From: Macrostomum lignano
Lineage: Eukaryota
Assembly (NCBI GenBank): GCA_002269645.1
Contig: NIVC01001207.1
Span: 271,541-335,540 of the forward strand
Reading direction: 5' to 3'
Length of the DNA: 64,000 nt
Below the pieces are notes generated by a model that made no database searches, was not told the origin of the DNA, and was given only the letters and a program-made list of their open reading frames with translations. A program made the translations under genes and the position numbers. This document shows positions 31,929 through 43,710 of the stretch, one piece after another; position 1 is the stretch's first letter, and each line of letters starts with the position of its first letter.

Positions 31929-31990
31929 AAATACGGCTAGAATATTTTGCTGTTCCTAATATTCAAAGCAACCTTAGAAAAGTCTACAAA

Positions 31991-32629
31991 ATGAGCCGAG
32001 TTCGCCAGAACTACCACGAGAACTGCGAGGCCGGAGTCAACAAGCAAATCAACATGGAACTGTACGCCTCGTACACTTACCAAGCAATGTACTTTCACTT
32101 TAGTCGCGACGACGTTGCCCTGAAAGGCATCGCCGAATTCTTTAACAAGAGTTCCAAGGAGGAGCGCGAACACGCTGAGAAGCTGATGAAGTACCAGAAC
32201 ATGCGCGGCGGCACTATCGTGCTTCAGGACATCCAGAAGCCCGTGAAGCAGACTTGGGGCAGCATGCTTGAGGCTATCACCGACGCTCTTGAGCTGGAGA
32301 AGGTGGTTAACCAGGTATGTGCAAAAATACTGGTTCTATTTTATAGCTAACCATAGTATAGAAGCGTTCATATAGATATTAAAAGTACATACTGTAGTTA
32401 CTTTAAACTATGACGTCATGTCCTAATTTTATCAACCACGCAGAGCCTGCTGGACCTGCACAAAGTGGCTGACAGCCATGGCGATCCGCAAATGTGCGAC
32501 TTCCTGGAGACCGAATACCTTCAGGAGCAGGTTGAGGCCATCAAAGAGCTGGGCGATCACGTGACCAACCTGAAGCGGGTCGGAACCGGCCTGGGCGAGT
32601 TTATGTACGACAAGGAGGCTTTCGAGTAG
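31991..32629 (+). CDS. Ferritin, H-type (ferroxidase centre intact), 2 exons, 169 aa
   Basis: Exons 31991-32314 and 32444-32629 (CAG|gtatgt...cacgcag|AGC). Motifs [49 protein letters not shown] and GLGEFMYDK. No signal peptide. Confidence 0.96.
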
Positions 32630-33784
32630 TAAAAAGGAGTTAATTGTTTTGGCCTGATTTACAATTACAATGTTGTTCTTTGCAAGACTGAGTCGAGTCT
32701 ATAACTTCGTTTTTATTTTAATTTGTACAGCTTTACTTTTTAGCTGCAAATTTTTTTCATTCATCAACTGTATTGGCCCAATGATAAAAGCGTATTAGTT
32801 ATAGCTGTTTTCCTAGTTTCATGCTTTTGTCTCCCCGCCCTTTCCAACGCGCTGTTGTTGCTTTTTAAAAGAAATGTTTAAAATCTTACTACGATTCAGT
32901 GCAGTCAGTTGTTGTACGAACTCTTAATTGTCAATTCAACCTTGCATTCATGTCCTGCTATTATTTCAATACATGATTTTGGGAGAATAAATAGGAATGG
33001 ATAATCCCATCGTTTTGTCACATATGCTCTACTAATTTTGGAAATCGCGGATTTGCACTTGAGTCTTGATAAAAGTAGTTTACCAGCTAACTGAGTAAAT
33101 AGCTGAAATTACATGTAAGTGTAAGACTAAGAGCTTGGGCCATGAAGCTGAAGGCAAGTTCATCTCAGCAATGGCATCGCCAATCTCCACTGGAAAAAAA
33201 TGAAATGAAGAAAGAAAGGAATTAAAGAAGAGGCAGAGGTAGAGTGGAAACGAAAGGAAGGAAAAAATGCATCTAAATCGCAGCCATGCAGAGGCCACTA
33301 AAAGGTCCGCGATCCTCCCATTATAAGGTCAAAAGGTCATTTATATTGTGACCTAAAAAGTAAATCGAATTTTTTGCAAAACTCACATCGGCCAAGGGGC
33401 ATCTGCCGCCCCCTCACCCCTTGTGGCTGGCGATGATGGCGCATCGGGGCTGGGGCTGGCCGTCCCAAATATACATGTAATCAATATACTGAAACGTTGA
33501 ATGTAGCTCGTAATTGTCATGTAGTGATTAAATCCAATGCAGGAAAAAAGACAGGAATGCCAGAAATAAAACACAAGCATAGAAGTTGCGGGTTGCCTGC
33601 ATGGGTCAAACTTCATGCTATTAAGCTCAGGTCCTCGTCAATGAATTTCGTTTTTCATTTCTGTTCGAATTCTCAAAGCGAAGGAAGTGTAAAGGAGGTG
33701 CAGTGATTTTATACTGTATACTATAAAGCTCATGACCTTCGATAGTAAAAATGCGTTCGATCGAAATAACTTTGGTATCGGGCG

Positions 33785-34967
33785 GACCTTCCGGCACTCT
33801 ACCGTCCGCCGAAGCGGTCACCGCAGCGCTACTACCGCGCGCTCAGAGACGCCGACACGCACAGCCGCTTTTGCCAGCGCTTTCATGCTCGGCGGCAAAC
33901 GTGGAGGTGCCGAGTACGCGGAGGTGCTGCAGTTCGAGCCGCCGCGGAACAAGCAGTCCCGCTGATTCCGGGAAGGAATCGCTGTCTCGTGCAGATTCGT
34001 CCTGAGCAGAACGGCTTCCGGCTCCATCGCGGCACAGTGACGCAGATTCTAGCTCTTCACCGAGTCATCGAAGAGGCGCGGACACGCCAATCAATCCTGA
34101 TTGTTATCTTCATAGATTTCCAGAAGTACAACGTGCCAGAGCAGCTAATTTCCGCCATCATTGAGATATACCGTGATACGAGAGCTGCTGTTTCAACACT
34201 GGACGGCCTACCGGACTTCTTTGAGACATCCTCCAGGGTGCTTCTGAGAGACACGCATGCGCCGTTTCTGTTCGTTCTGGTGCTTGACTGGGTGCTGCGG
34301 ATTGCTTTTCTTACCAACGACAACGGCTTTCTGTTGCGGCGACGCGTGGGTCGACGTCAACTGGAGAGGCGGCTCAGCGTGCTTGGCTACGCCGACGATC
34401 TCGCCCTGCTGTCCTCAACTGTCGAGGGCGCCCAGCGACAACTAGACAAGCTAGTTGCTGTTGCGGCGAGTGTCGGCCTGGTGGTCGACACGCAGAAAAC
34501 CGTTGTGCTCTGCGTGTCGGACAGGAATCGAGGCTGCGATTTTGTCCCGAGGCGCTGATGAACAGGCGACAGAGCTTCCGCGTTGTCAGCAGTTCGTCTA
34601 TATCGGCGGTCTGGTTCCTGGTGTCCGCGAGGATTTGCGGCGTCGCCGCAGGCTTACCTGGGCTGCCTTTCGTTCTGTGAGGCCCTACCTGACCGCCAGA
34701 GGGCGGCGTTGTTCCAGGCGGTGATAGAGACCGTCCTGTTGTACAACGCCGAGACCTGGACGCTGGTGGATTCGCTCGATCAAAAAGTTGACGCGGCGCA
34801 CGCTGGCCTGCTGCGCGCCGCCTTCAAGATCGGCTACGAGCGAGTGACCAACGCGGCATTGTATCGGTGGTCAGTCCAAGCAACCTGTTGCGCCGTCGGC
34901 GACTCCAGCTTGCAGGCCATATCATCCGCGCCGATCGACGTACTGCCCACAGCCGGTGCAGGAGGTG
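33785..34967 (+). mobile_element. Decayed RTE-type non-LTR retrotransposon, 5' segment (linker remnant plus RT), internally deleted and frameshifted
   Basis: Reads DLPALYRPPKRSPQRYYRALRDAD, then IRPEQNGFR..QILALHRVIEE..IFIDFQK, APFLFVLVLDW, LGYADDLALLS, GLVVDTQKT, FVYIGG, VLLYNAETWTL and RRRLQLAGHIIR..QPVQEVLL. The GFR/YADD/YxxETW/GHxxR pattern is RTE-like. Confidence 0.85.
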
Positions 34968-37097
34968 CTTCTTCTTCTTCTTTTCTTCCACCGCCCCACA
35001 ACGCTGCCGCTGGCAGCTGGGGGGAGGGCGCTCAGAGGCGCCCCAACCTGCGAAGGAGGGCGAGAAGGCGCTCCGGGTCGTCGCGGATGTCCCTCTCGTC
35101 CTCAGTGCTCGCCCGAAGGGCGTCGCCGCGTGGGCATTCAAGGATGATATGCTCCTCCGTGTCGGGCGCCCCGCAATCGGGACAGCTGGCGTTCTCAGTC
35201 AGGCCGACCCGGTGACGTGTGGCCCCGGCCAGGGTGGAGCACCCGGCTCTGAGTTGGTTAATCGCCACCGTTTCTTTCCTGGTCAGGTGTCGTGGTGGTC
35301 GTTGCCAGGGGCGTCCAAGCAGTTCCTGGTCGCGGGCGAACCGCGCGCGTCGGATGGCGGCCTTGGCGGCCTGCAGCGTAATGGGTTCGTCCTGCTGTTG
35401 GCCGCGTCTAGCTTCGTTGGCGCAGCGGTCTGCTTGCTCGTTGCCCGGGACGTCGCAGTGGGCCGGGACCCAGACGAAGTCGCACGGGCGCGACATGTGG
35501 GCCAGTACCTCCCAGCAGCGGCTTCCGGCGGCGGTGACCTGCCTACTGGGGCCGCTCTGGAGGGCCGTGAGTGCTGATTTGGAGTCGCTGAGGATCCGCA
35601 CTGTAAGGCCGTGCTCTGGCGGGAGTTGAGTAATGTAGTCGAGGGCGGCGCTGATCGCGACCATCTCCGCCTGGAAGCTGCATGCGATCCGGCCAGCCGG
35701 GGCGGTGATCTTTTGGCACCAGAGGCGGGTGCAGATTACCGCGGCACCCCATGCGTCGTGGATGCCCTCCTTGACGCTGCCGTCCGTCCACGCGTCGATG
35801 TCACAGGGTGTTAGCTGCTCGAGAGCTGACATCGCCCTGTCGCGGCGGACGCTCGTCGGGACTGCTCTGCCGCAGCCGTCGGCGAGGGTGAGGTCGAAAG
35901 TCTGGCTGTACCGGTTGAGCGCGAGGTGTGCCAGGTCGGGCGGCGGTGGCGGGAACGGCTCTCTGGGCCGGTCTTCGAGGCCGCAGGGACCGGTGATTTC
36001 TCTCGCGATTCGCCGCCAGCAGCCGCGGAAAGGGCGCTTGTAATCATTGTCTAGTAGCGCGTTAAAATTTGCCTCTTCTTGTCGGCGGGCGCTCTCGTAG
36101 GCGCGGTTTCGTAGTCTGCTGGTGGTGTCTCTGGCCGCAGTCCGGTGTGCTGGGACGTCCTCCGGGAGGCGCAGCACCCGTTCTCGGAGGCAGGCGGCGC
36201 GTTCCAGGATGGTGTGGCCAAAGGGGGGGAGGTTGGCCGTCCGAAGCAGCTCCGTGGTTCGAGTTGGGAGCATACATCCGGTGATGATTCTTGCGCAGCT
36301 GTTCTGTTGCTGTTCGATAAGCAGTTTGGTACTCGGTGCCGCGCTGGCTCCCCAGACTCCGCATCCGTATTCGGCCACGGCGCGGATGGTTGCCTGGTAG
36401 GCCGTCCGGAGCACCTCCTGGGTGGCTCCTACCGCGCGGTTTGCGAGGTCGGCAAGAGCGCGTCGGCGTCGGCTCATGCGGCGGCAGACGTTGGCTGCGT
36501 GCTGGGCGAAGTTCAGCTGGCAGTCCAGGATGAGGCCCAGGAAGGTCGGGTGTTCTTCAAACTGGAGTGGCTCGCCGGCTAGCTCGAGCGGGACCCGGAG
36601 CTTGCCGTTCACCTCGTTGGGGGCGAGCGTGAATGTTGAGTAGTTGCACTTGCTGGTACTCAGGGTGATTTTCAGTGAGTGCCGGTTGTATCCTGGCTCC
36701 GCAGCTCGCCAGTGAGGGCTTGGGTGCTGAGGACAGCCGAATCATCGGCGTAGAGGCTGATGCCGCAGTCCGGCGCTGCTGTCGTGACTGCCTCCTCTAG
36801 GTCATTCACGTAGATGTTCCAGAGAGTTGGCGCCAGGACCGAGCCTTGTGGGAGTCCCTCTCGGAAGACGCGCTGGCGGCTCAGGGTGTGCCCGAAGCGG
36901 ACTCTTGCGCGTCGGTCGGAAAGGAAGGCTTCCGTCCAGCCGATGGTGTTCTGGTCGATCTTTACTCGAGTCATCTTCACAACGAGGCCTTCCTTCCAGA
37001 CCGTTTCGTAGGCTCCTTTGAAGTCCATGCACGCGAGGATGCTCCTGTGCGGTGGAGAGCGTTCCAGGCCGTCGAAGATGTCCTGACAGACCTGCAG
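34968..37097 (-). mobile_element. 5'-truncated I-group (Ingi/I/Nimb-like) non-LTR retrotransposon with RT, RNase H and C-terminal CCHC, inserted inside the RTE element
   Basis: RT C-half ACMDFKGAYETVW, GLPQGSVLAPTLWNIY, LYADD (36672-37097) and thumb FLGLILDCQLNF. RNase H WTDGS, QAEMVAI, ILSDSKSAL and WVPAHCDVPGNEQAD. CPDCGAPDTEEHIILECP, stop at 35032, ~50-nt 3' UTR and (GAA)n tail. Frameshifts near 36670-36720. Confidence 0.9.
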
Positions 37098-37260
37098 GCA
37101 ACCTACCGGCGGGGGCAGGCCCGCACTCAGCGTTAATTCGTCGACTGCCTGCTAGCTGACCCGGGCGCCCCAGATTCAGCTGGCGGCGTGGCGTTCGTCC
37201 GTGACCTGCTGGCCTTGAGACGCGCCTTGTGACGCTAACAGCGTATTTTGTTGTTGTTCC
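37091..37260 (+). mobile_element. RTE element, 3' segment resuming after the insertion
   Basis: LQATYRRGQARTQR*FVDCLLADPGAPDSAGGVAFVRDLL continues ...QPVQEVLL from 34967. It is followed by a short (TTG)n tail at ~37247-37259. Confidence 0.75.
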
Positions 37261-38019
37261 TAGAATGAACGAACATTTACTAGGAAAGCACATTAAGATT
37301 TAGGTCAGGATAAATAATGGATAAAATAAACTCAATTAAAGGCAAAGTTAATATGTATTAGCCGCGTCAGTCGAAGATTCAAGGACTCTGTACCCCGTTT
37401 TTTCCATGGGAAACCTGGCTGCGATCGGGTTAATGGTCAATGGTTTTACACAAGAAATCAAGTTTTACAATGGTTTTACACGCGAAATCAAGTAACGAAA
37501 AAAGCATTTTTGGATTAAAGCATTTGTAGACTGAATCAACTCATTGAAAGTAACTTTTTGAAACGGTGGTGTCTCTACATCGAACAGAAAATGCAATCGA
37601 GGGTTACCAAGGACTATAACTAAGAAGTCTACTATTAGCCACTTAAACAATGTTACATACAAAATGTAGTGAATGTAGCTTTGCTGTAACGCTAGCTACA
37701 TTTTCAAACTGTTCAGCTAAAATGGTCGTTTTGAATGAAGACTCGACAAGATAACCCAGTGTTATTTTGTTGCTAGCATTATGCAGTATAGCTGCCATTT
37801 TTATGAGATAAAGCTCACAATATGTGTATACGCTAGCATTATTGATACAGATCAAGTAGTTACTTGCACGAGCATAATATCGGAACTGCTACAGAAACAG
37901 CTCCGACCATGAATGGAAAATGGGTGTTGAACTAAAAACTCAATGAAAAATTTCAGCCCAAATGAGGAAGATTGGAAGTCACAAACTCGATTCAATTAAT
38001 TAACACTGTGAAAGATGCG

Positions 38020-38490
38020 TCCCAATACAGCGCCCCCCCCCCCACAATACAGCGCCCCCCCCACAATACAGCGCCCCCACAATACAGCGCCCCCCCCACA
38101 ATACAGCGCCCCCCCCACAATACAGCGCCCCCCCACAATACAGCGCCCCCCCCCACAATACAGCGCCCCCCCCCACAATACAGCGCCCCCCCAAGAACGT
38201 ACCAAAAGACAGTCACACAAAGACTGTCCCCCAAAGACAGTCCCCCAAAGACAGTCTCACAAAGACAGTCCCCAAAGACAGTCCACCAAGGACAGTCCCC
38301 ACAGCCATCCCTCCAAAGACAGCCCGCCAATGTCAGTCCCCCAATGATAGTTCCCCATAGATAGTCCCACAAAGACAGCCCCTCAAAGGCAGTCTCACAA
38401 AGACAGCGCCCCAAAGACAGTCCCAAAGCACTCTAAATACAGCACACCAATGTCAGTCCCCCAAAGAGTCCCAAAAGTCAGCCACCAAAG
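38020..38490. repeat. Compound minisatellite: (C)nACAATACAGCG units (38020-38195), then degenerate CCCCAAAGACAGT units
   Basis: Two abutting tandem arrays that share ACAG.CCCC. Confidence 0.9.
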
Positions 38491-39554
38491 ACAGCGTCCG
38501 TCGTAGCAACTGCAGTTCTAACTTTTAACTCTATTTCGATTAAATGCCCGTTTTGAATATTTTTCGGTGTTGACTTTCTTCCAAGCCTATTGTCAGTAGT
38601 ATGTCGCACTAACAGCTTAAAAAGTCCGATTTCTTAGAACACCAGATTTTTTAGTCCGTTCTCTGGACTCTGGTCTCTTCGTTTTAAAATCTTTATATTC
38701 TCGTGCACACTACGAGCTACTTAAATATAGTTGTTTAAATTAGACTCACATCTGTCTAAAGCAGAGAAATCGTTAATAAAGATGCTATATCTTGCGAATG
38801 AAATCTCAGGAACAAAAGAAACCCTTTGAACTTTGTTAAAAAAGGACAAAATTTTCTAAGAATTTCCACACTCGTAAGATTTAACAATTGGTGATACAGT
38901 GAAGACGACAAAAAATCAAGAAATTCCTTAAACTGTCCAGAATCCTTAGCCCATCCAGACCGTGAAGAATTCTCGCGTAAAAAATAATTAATATTTTGTT
39001 TTATCGTAACACATTCAGAAATTTTCCAAATTTTATGGTTTCATCGTGCTCGACATGCAAAATCATGACCGAACCGGTAGCTTTAAAACTTCGAGCAAGC
39101 GTAATAAAATCACACTTAAACAAAACTTGTGTTAGTGCTGACATTAGCCACCGCCAGCGGCAGTGTTTGAAGCAGGCCAGACACCTCTCAAGTGGCTACG
39201 CCAGGTGAAAACTGCAGGCATGAAAAGGCGCCGCAAGTTTTTTTTAACACGTGATAATCATTGAGAAAGCCTTTACTGCTGCGTTCGCATGGACTCGGGA
39301 GCTGATCGGAACAAAGTGAGGCTAGCCTATAGTCTGATGTCAGCACAATTTCTGCTTGTAAATACTCGCAGCCAAACACACTCGAGCCACGCCTAGACAG
39401 AGTGGACGAGATCAGAAGAGCCGCCGCCCGCTGCACTCTATAACTACATGACACTTGCACTACTGTTGATTCTGGCTCAGTAGTGTTGGTTTTTTATGTA
39501 CCGCAGTCAGAACAAAACTTTATCCTGAGTTTGATGGTGTAACGGTATTTCAGA

Positions 39555-39898
39555 ATCTAGGCTCATAATCTCAGGGAATCTTCCTAAACTCTTAGGCTCA
39601 TAATCTCAGGGAATCTTACTCAAATCTGTGCTCATAATCTCAGGAGAATCTTACTCAAATCTGTGCTCATAATCTCAGGAGAATCTTACTCAAATCTGTG
39701 CTCATAATCTCAGGGAAATTTTCCTCAAATCTTAGGCTCATAATCTCAGGGAATCTTTCTCAAATCTGTGCTCATAATCTCAGGGAAATCTTCCTCAAAT
39801 CTGTGCTCATAATCTCAGGGAAATCTTCCTCAAATCTGTGCTCATAATCTCAGGGAAATCTTCCTCAAATCTGTGCTCATAATCTCAGAGGAATCTTC
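39555..39898. repeat. 35-bp minisatellite (CTCATAATCTCAGGGAAATCTTCCTCAAATCTGTG), ~10 copies, upstream of the Sox gene
   Basis: CAGGG recurs at 39781, 39816, etc. Confidence 0.93.
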
Positions 39899-39953
39899 AG
39901 TGAGCGTGTGAACGAGCGCGTGACTGTGTATACAGTATCCAGGATGCGCTCTG

Positions 39954-40036
39954 GAGTCATGGGGTTACCCGCGCATGACTCAGGGGTACCCGCGCATGAC
40001 TCAGGAGTACCCGCGCATGACTCAGGGTTACCCGCG
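39954..40036. repeat. 21-bp repeat (ACCCGCGCATGACTCAGGGGT), ~3.5 copies, containing TGACTCA
   Basis: TGACTCA at 39976, 39997 and 40018. Confidence 0.9.
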
Positions 40037-40429
40037 CAGCTCTCCTGAGAATATTTGTACGAGAAGCTGCATGCAAACCTTATTTATTAATACCAAAGAG
40101 CATTCCAGTTCCTCAGACACCAAGTTATCCTGTGTCCAAAGTAACATTCTAGACTGCGCACACCTGTCTGACTTAAAGCCAGGGTCTCTCTTGCGTTATC
40201 TAATCTCACTGAGATCACCGCCCACCCCCAGTTTTCACACCCTTCACTTCACACCCTCCCAGCCGTCTTCTTGTTTAAATCTATTTAAAACACGAGTTTG
40301 GGAGGACGATTAAAACTAAGCTGAAATATTTTTTCGATTAAAAAAGAAACATTTATCAACAATCAATTATAATTTGAAGTGTATCTATCCAAAACTGTCT
40401 GCAAGCTAACCGACTGGTGTACTTTTAAC

Positions 40430-41278
40430 ATGGCCAGCATAGACTTCAGCGAATACCTGTGGGACCGGCCCAGCACTTCAGCCAGTAGCGTTGACGGCAG
40501 CACACCGGCAGTAGTTGCCACCGCCGGCAGGAGACGCAGAAGGAATCACATTCCCAGGCCCATGAATCCGTTCATGGTGTGGGCCAGAGCCGAGCGAAAG
40601 CAGCTGTCCAAGGCCAATCCAGATGTGCACAATGTGGAGCTCAGTCGGCTGTTGGGTGAGTCCCTTATGCATAAACAGGTCTTAACGGGTAGATATTGAT
40701 GCGAGATACATGCTCCAGACTCTCCAGAACTGTGAGACCTTCATAGTGGATTAGGGGGGTGGTTGTAGCCTAGTGGTTAGAGCGTCAGACTCGCGACTGA
40801 AAGGTCGGGGGTTCGATTCTCGACCCACTCGGAACAATTTGCGTCCTTGAGCAATACACTTAACTCTGCATTGCTTCAGTTCACCCAGCTGTAATTAATG
40901 GGTGACAGCATTAGCTGGGGTAATTGAGGGTGTGTGGCGACCCCCCAGTCCTTGGACTGAACAGCCGTACGCAGCCTTCAGAGGCGCCGCGCAATAGCTG
41001 CGGCTGAGCTGTCGGTTGCACATCTGGCCAGGGGGCAGGTGAAATCAAGTCTTATTATATTGAAGCAGCCTAGGCGAGCTACGGGTTATTTTGTACCGCA
41101 GCTACAACCAAGCCAAACGTGTAAAATCACACGCCACATTCTACTACCAGGCGACAAGTGGAAGTCAATGAGCGACGCCGAGAAGCGCCCTTTTGTGCTT
41201 GAGGCGGAACGGCTGAAGCGTCAACATCTGACTGACCATCCCGGCTACAAGTACCAGCCGAGGCGCAAGAAGAAGTCG

Positions 41279-41315
<37 letters not shown>

Positions 41316-41746
41316 AACAACAGCATCTAACCGAGCTGAAAGAGCGCAGATTTGAGCAGCCTCAGTCCGAGCCTGAGCAGCAGTCAAACTGGGCACCAAC
41401 TGGTTGGAACAGCACCGGCGGCTACTCCTACCATTGCAGCTGCAGCTGCTGCTGCTACTGGCAGCAGGCGCAGCAGCACCGCTGCCACCGCAGTCAGGAG
41501 CCTCGAATCGAAGACGACTTCGACTGTTTCGACGCGAACATGTTCGCCAGCTTCCTTGGCAATCTGGACGCCATGAAGTTCTTTTGCCACGACAGCAATG
41601 ACAGCGGCGGCGGCGGCGGCGGCGACATCAATCGGGATGTTCAGCAGTCAGTGGCGCAGCAGACACCGTCGTTGGGGAGGTTGCAAAATTTTCTAGGCAG
41701 CATCGGCGTCAAAGGGGAGTTCAGCGGTGGCATGTGCCATATCTAG
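40430..41746 (+). CDS. Sox HMG-box transcription factor, SoxF-like (some SoxE features), 2 exons, 273 aa
   Basis: Exons 40430-40655 (TTG G|gtgagt) and 41151-41746 (ctaccag|GC). HMG box [37 protein letters not shown]|[40 protein letters not shown]. The phase-1 intron at LG is the SoxF/SoxD position. [10 protein letters not shown] resembles the SoxE/F FDxNEFDQYL motif. Confidence 0.9.
40754..40990 (+). mobile_element. tRNA-headed SINE with a CORE-like central domain, in the Sox intron
   Basis: A box TAGCCTAGTGGTTAGA and B box GGTTCGATTCT within a tRNA-like fold (40757-40830) with a defective anticodon stem. It is followed by GCGTCCTTGAGCAATACACTTAACTCTGCATTGCTTCAGTTCACCCAGCTGTAATTAATGGG. The 3' boundary is approximate. 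Confidence 0.75.
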
Positions 41747-42774
41747 TTACTGAATAAAAGTAGATTTCATGATGTCTTACAGCTTATGATAAGATTACCG
41801 CAAGTCTGTTTGGCAGACGACCTTCAGATGACCTTCGTGCGCTCGTGGCCACAGAACGCCCCTTCCTCCCCCAGTGCATTTTTAATCAACCGCGAGCCAG
41901 CCTCTTTGAATTGCCAAATTCTGCCGATTCTGCTATTCAAAAATACTTTTTTGTTACAAATGTTTCACGACGCGGTAGGCTGCAATCAAACTGGATTTCA
42001 TGTTGCTGTCAGTCCGAATTCAAATGATAAAAATGAACTTTAGGATAAGAGAATAAAAAGTTTCAGAGCTCTCGTTTTTTTTCTTGAAATCCAAATCAGC
42101 CTTGAGCAGCTCATGTGCGACTATCGGACGCGTCTGTCAGATATGCCCTAGCGCAGTCTGATCTTGTTTGCCGAAGATAAAACTAGTTGATAGCAGCATG
42201 ATTTACTGATGACTGACCAGCGGAGGCGAGGCGAGATAACGGGGGGGGGCTGGTGCTCACCGCATAATCATTGGCGCCAACTGACCTGAGCAGCTTTTTT
42301 GACTGACAACTCGACATGTCGCTCCCTCTCCTCTCCTGCTCCTGCTCCTCAAAACTGGGCCTGCGGTCAAGTTTTACCTTTAAGGCGTCCTTTGGTCTGG
42401 CCTGAGCAGTTGCTCTGAAGCACACGCGCAGTGTCTGAAGGTAAATAGTGGGTTAAATGGCCCTTCGATTTAGACTTTCTAACCGCAAATGTATTTGGTT
42501 TCAAACTAAGGGCTAAACCAGACCAAATGTCATGTGAGGTGCACACTGTGTAACAGGTAATTTGCATAGCATAGCAAAACTGTTTGTAAAAATTCAGATT
42601 CACGGATGCCATGTGGGCGCCTTCACAAAACCTAAATTTAACACCATTGGCTAAGTTATATATATTTCATTTTTTTCATTCCAACGCTTTAGCCGTTAGC
42701 TGAAGTTAAGATTTGCATTATCGATGCCTAACACTGGTGAAGTTTAGGCGATATGAAATGGGATGCTTAAAATC

Positions 42775-43710
42775 AGAGGCGTCACCACCGGGGGGCAGGA
42801 GGACATGTGCCCCCCCTCCTAGTAAAAGCTGTTAAGGGGGACAAATCATTGATTTTTCCCCAGCCCCCACCTTGTGACCCCGTAATGGAAATCAAGGATT
42901 TTGCTTCAGGACACCAAAATCAGTGACTGCGGCGCCAAAAGAGTGTCAGTGGGCGCCAAAATGAGTGTCAGTGGACCCAGAAATGAGTGTCAGTGGGTGG
43001 TAAAATGAGTGGCAGTGGACGCTAAAATGAGTGTCAGTGGGCGGTAAAATGAGTGTCAGTGGGCAGCAGAAATGAGTGTCAGTGGGCCCAGAAATGAGTG
43101 TCAGTGGGCCCAGAAATGAGTGTCAGTGGGCGCTAAAATGAGTGTCAGTGGGCAGCAGAAATGAGTGCCAGTGGGCCCAGAAATGAGTGTCAGTGGGCCC
43201 AGAAATGAGTGTCAGTGGGCGGTAAAATGAGTGTCAGTGGGTGGTAAAATGAGTGGCAGTGGACGCTAAAATGAGTGTCAGTGGGAGGTAAAATAAGTGT
43301 CGTGGGTGGTAAAATGGGCGTCAGTGGGCGGTAAAATGAGTGTCAGTGGGCGGTAAAATGAGTGTCAGTGGGCAGCAGAAATGAGTGTCAGTGAGCGCTA
43401 AAATGAGTGTCAGTGGGCGCTAAAATGAGTGTCAGTGAGCGCTAAAATGAGTGTCAGTGGGCGCTAAAATGAGTGTCAGTGAGCGCTAAAATGAGCGTCA
43501 GTGGGCGGTAAAATGAGTGTCAGTGGGCAGCAGAAATGAGTGTCAGTGAGCGCTAAAATGAGTGTCAGTGGGCGCTAAAATGAGTGTCAGTGAGCGCTAA
43601 AATGAGTGTCAGTGGGCGCTAAAATGAGTGTCAGTGAGCGCTAAAATGAGCGTCAGTGGGCGGTAAAATGAGTGTCAGTGGGCGCCAAAAATAAGTGCCT
43701 GTGGCGCATT
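42775..43710. repeat. 22-bp minisatellite (AAATGAGTGTCAGTGGGCGCTA, ~34 copies, 42945-43700) behind a G/C-run-rich left flank resembling a non-autonomous DNA element end
   Basis: The array is directly visible. The element nature of the flank (CAGAGGCGTCACCACCGGGGGGCAGG...) is inference. Confidence 0.85.

Noticed and set aside
33732-33965. Independent 77-aa gene
   Set aside because: It is a frameshifted piece of the RTE linker region, contiguous with the RT remnant.
39555-39898. NF-kB-like sites (GGGAAATCTTCC) in the 35-bp array
   Set aside because: They do not fit the GGGRNWYYCC spacing, so there is no basis for a regulatory claim.
40757-40830. Functional tRNA gene
   Set aside because: The anticodon stem is one base short, the B box is imperfect, and it continues into a SINE body rather than a T-run terminator.
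24847-42212. Hammerhead ribozyme cores (CTGATGA at 24847, 28718, 42206)
   Set aside because: None is followed by a stem II and a GAAA core with a pairing stem I/III.
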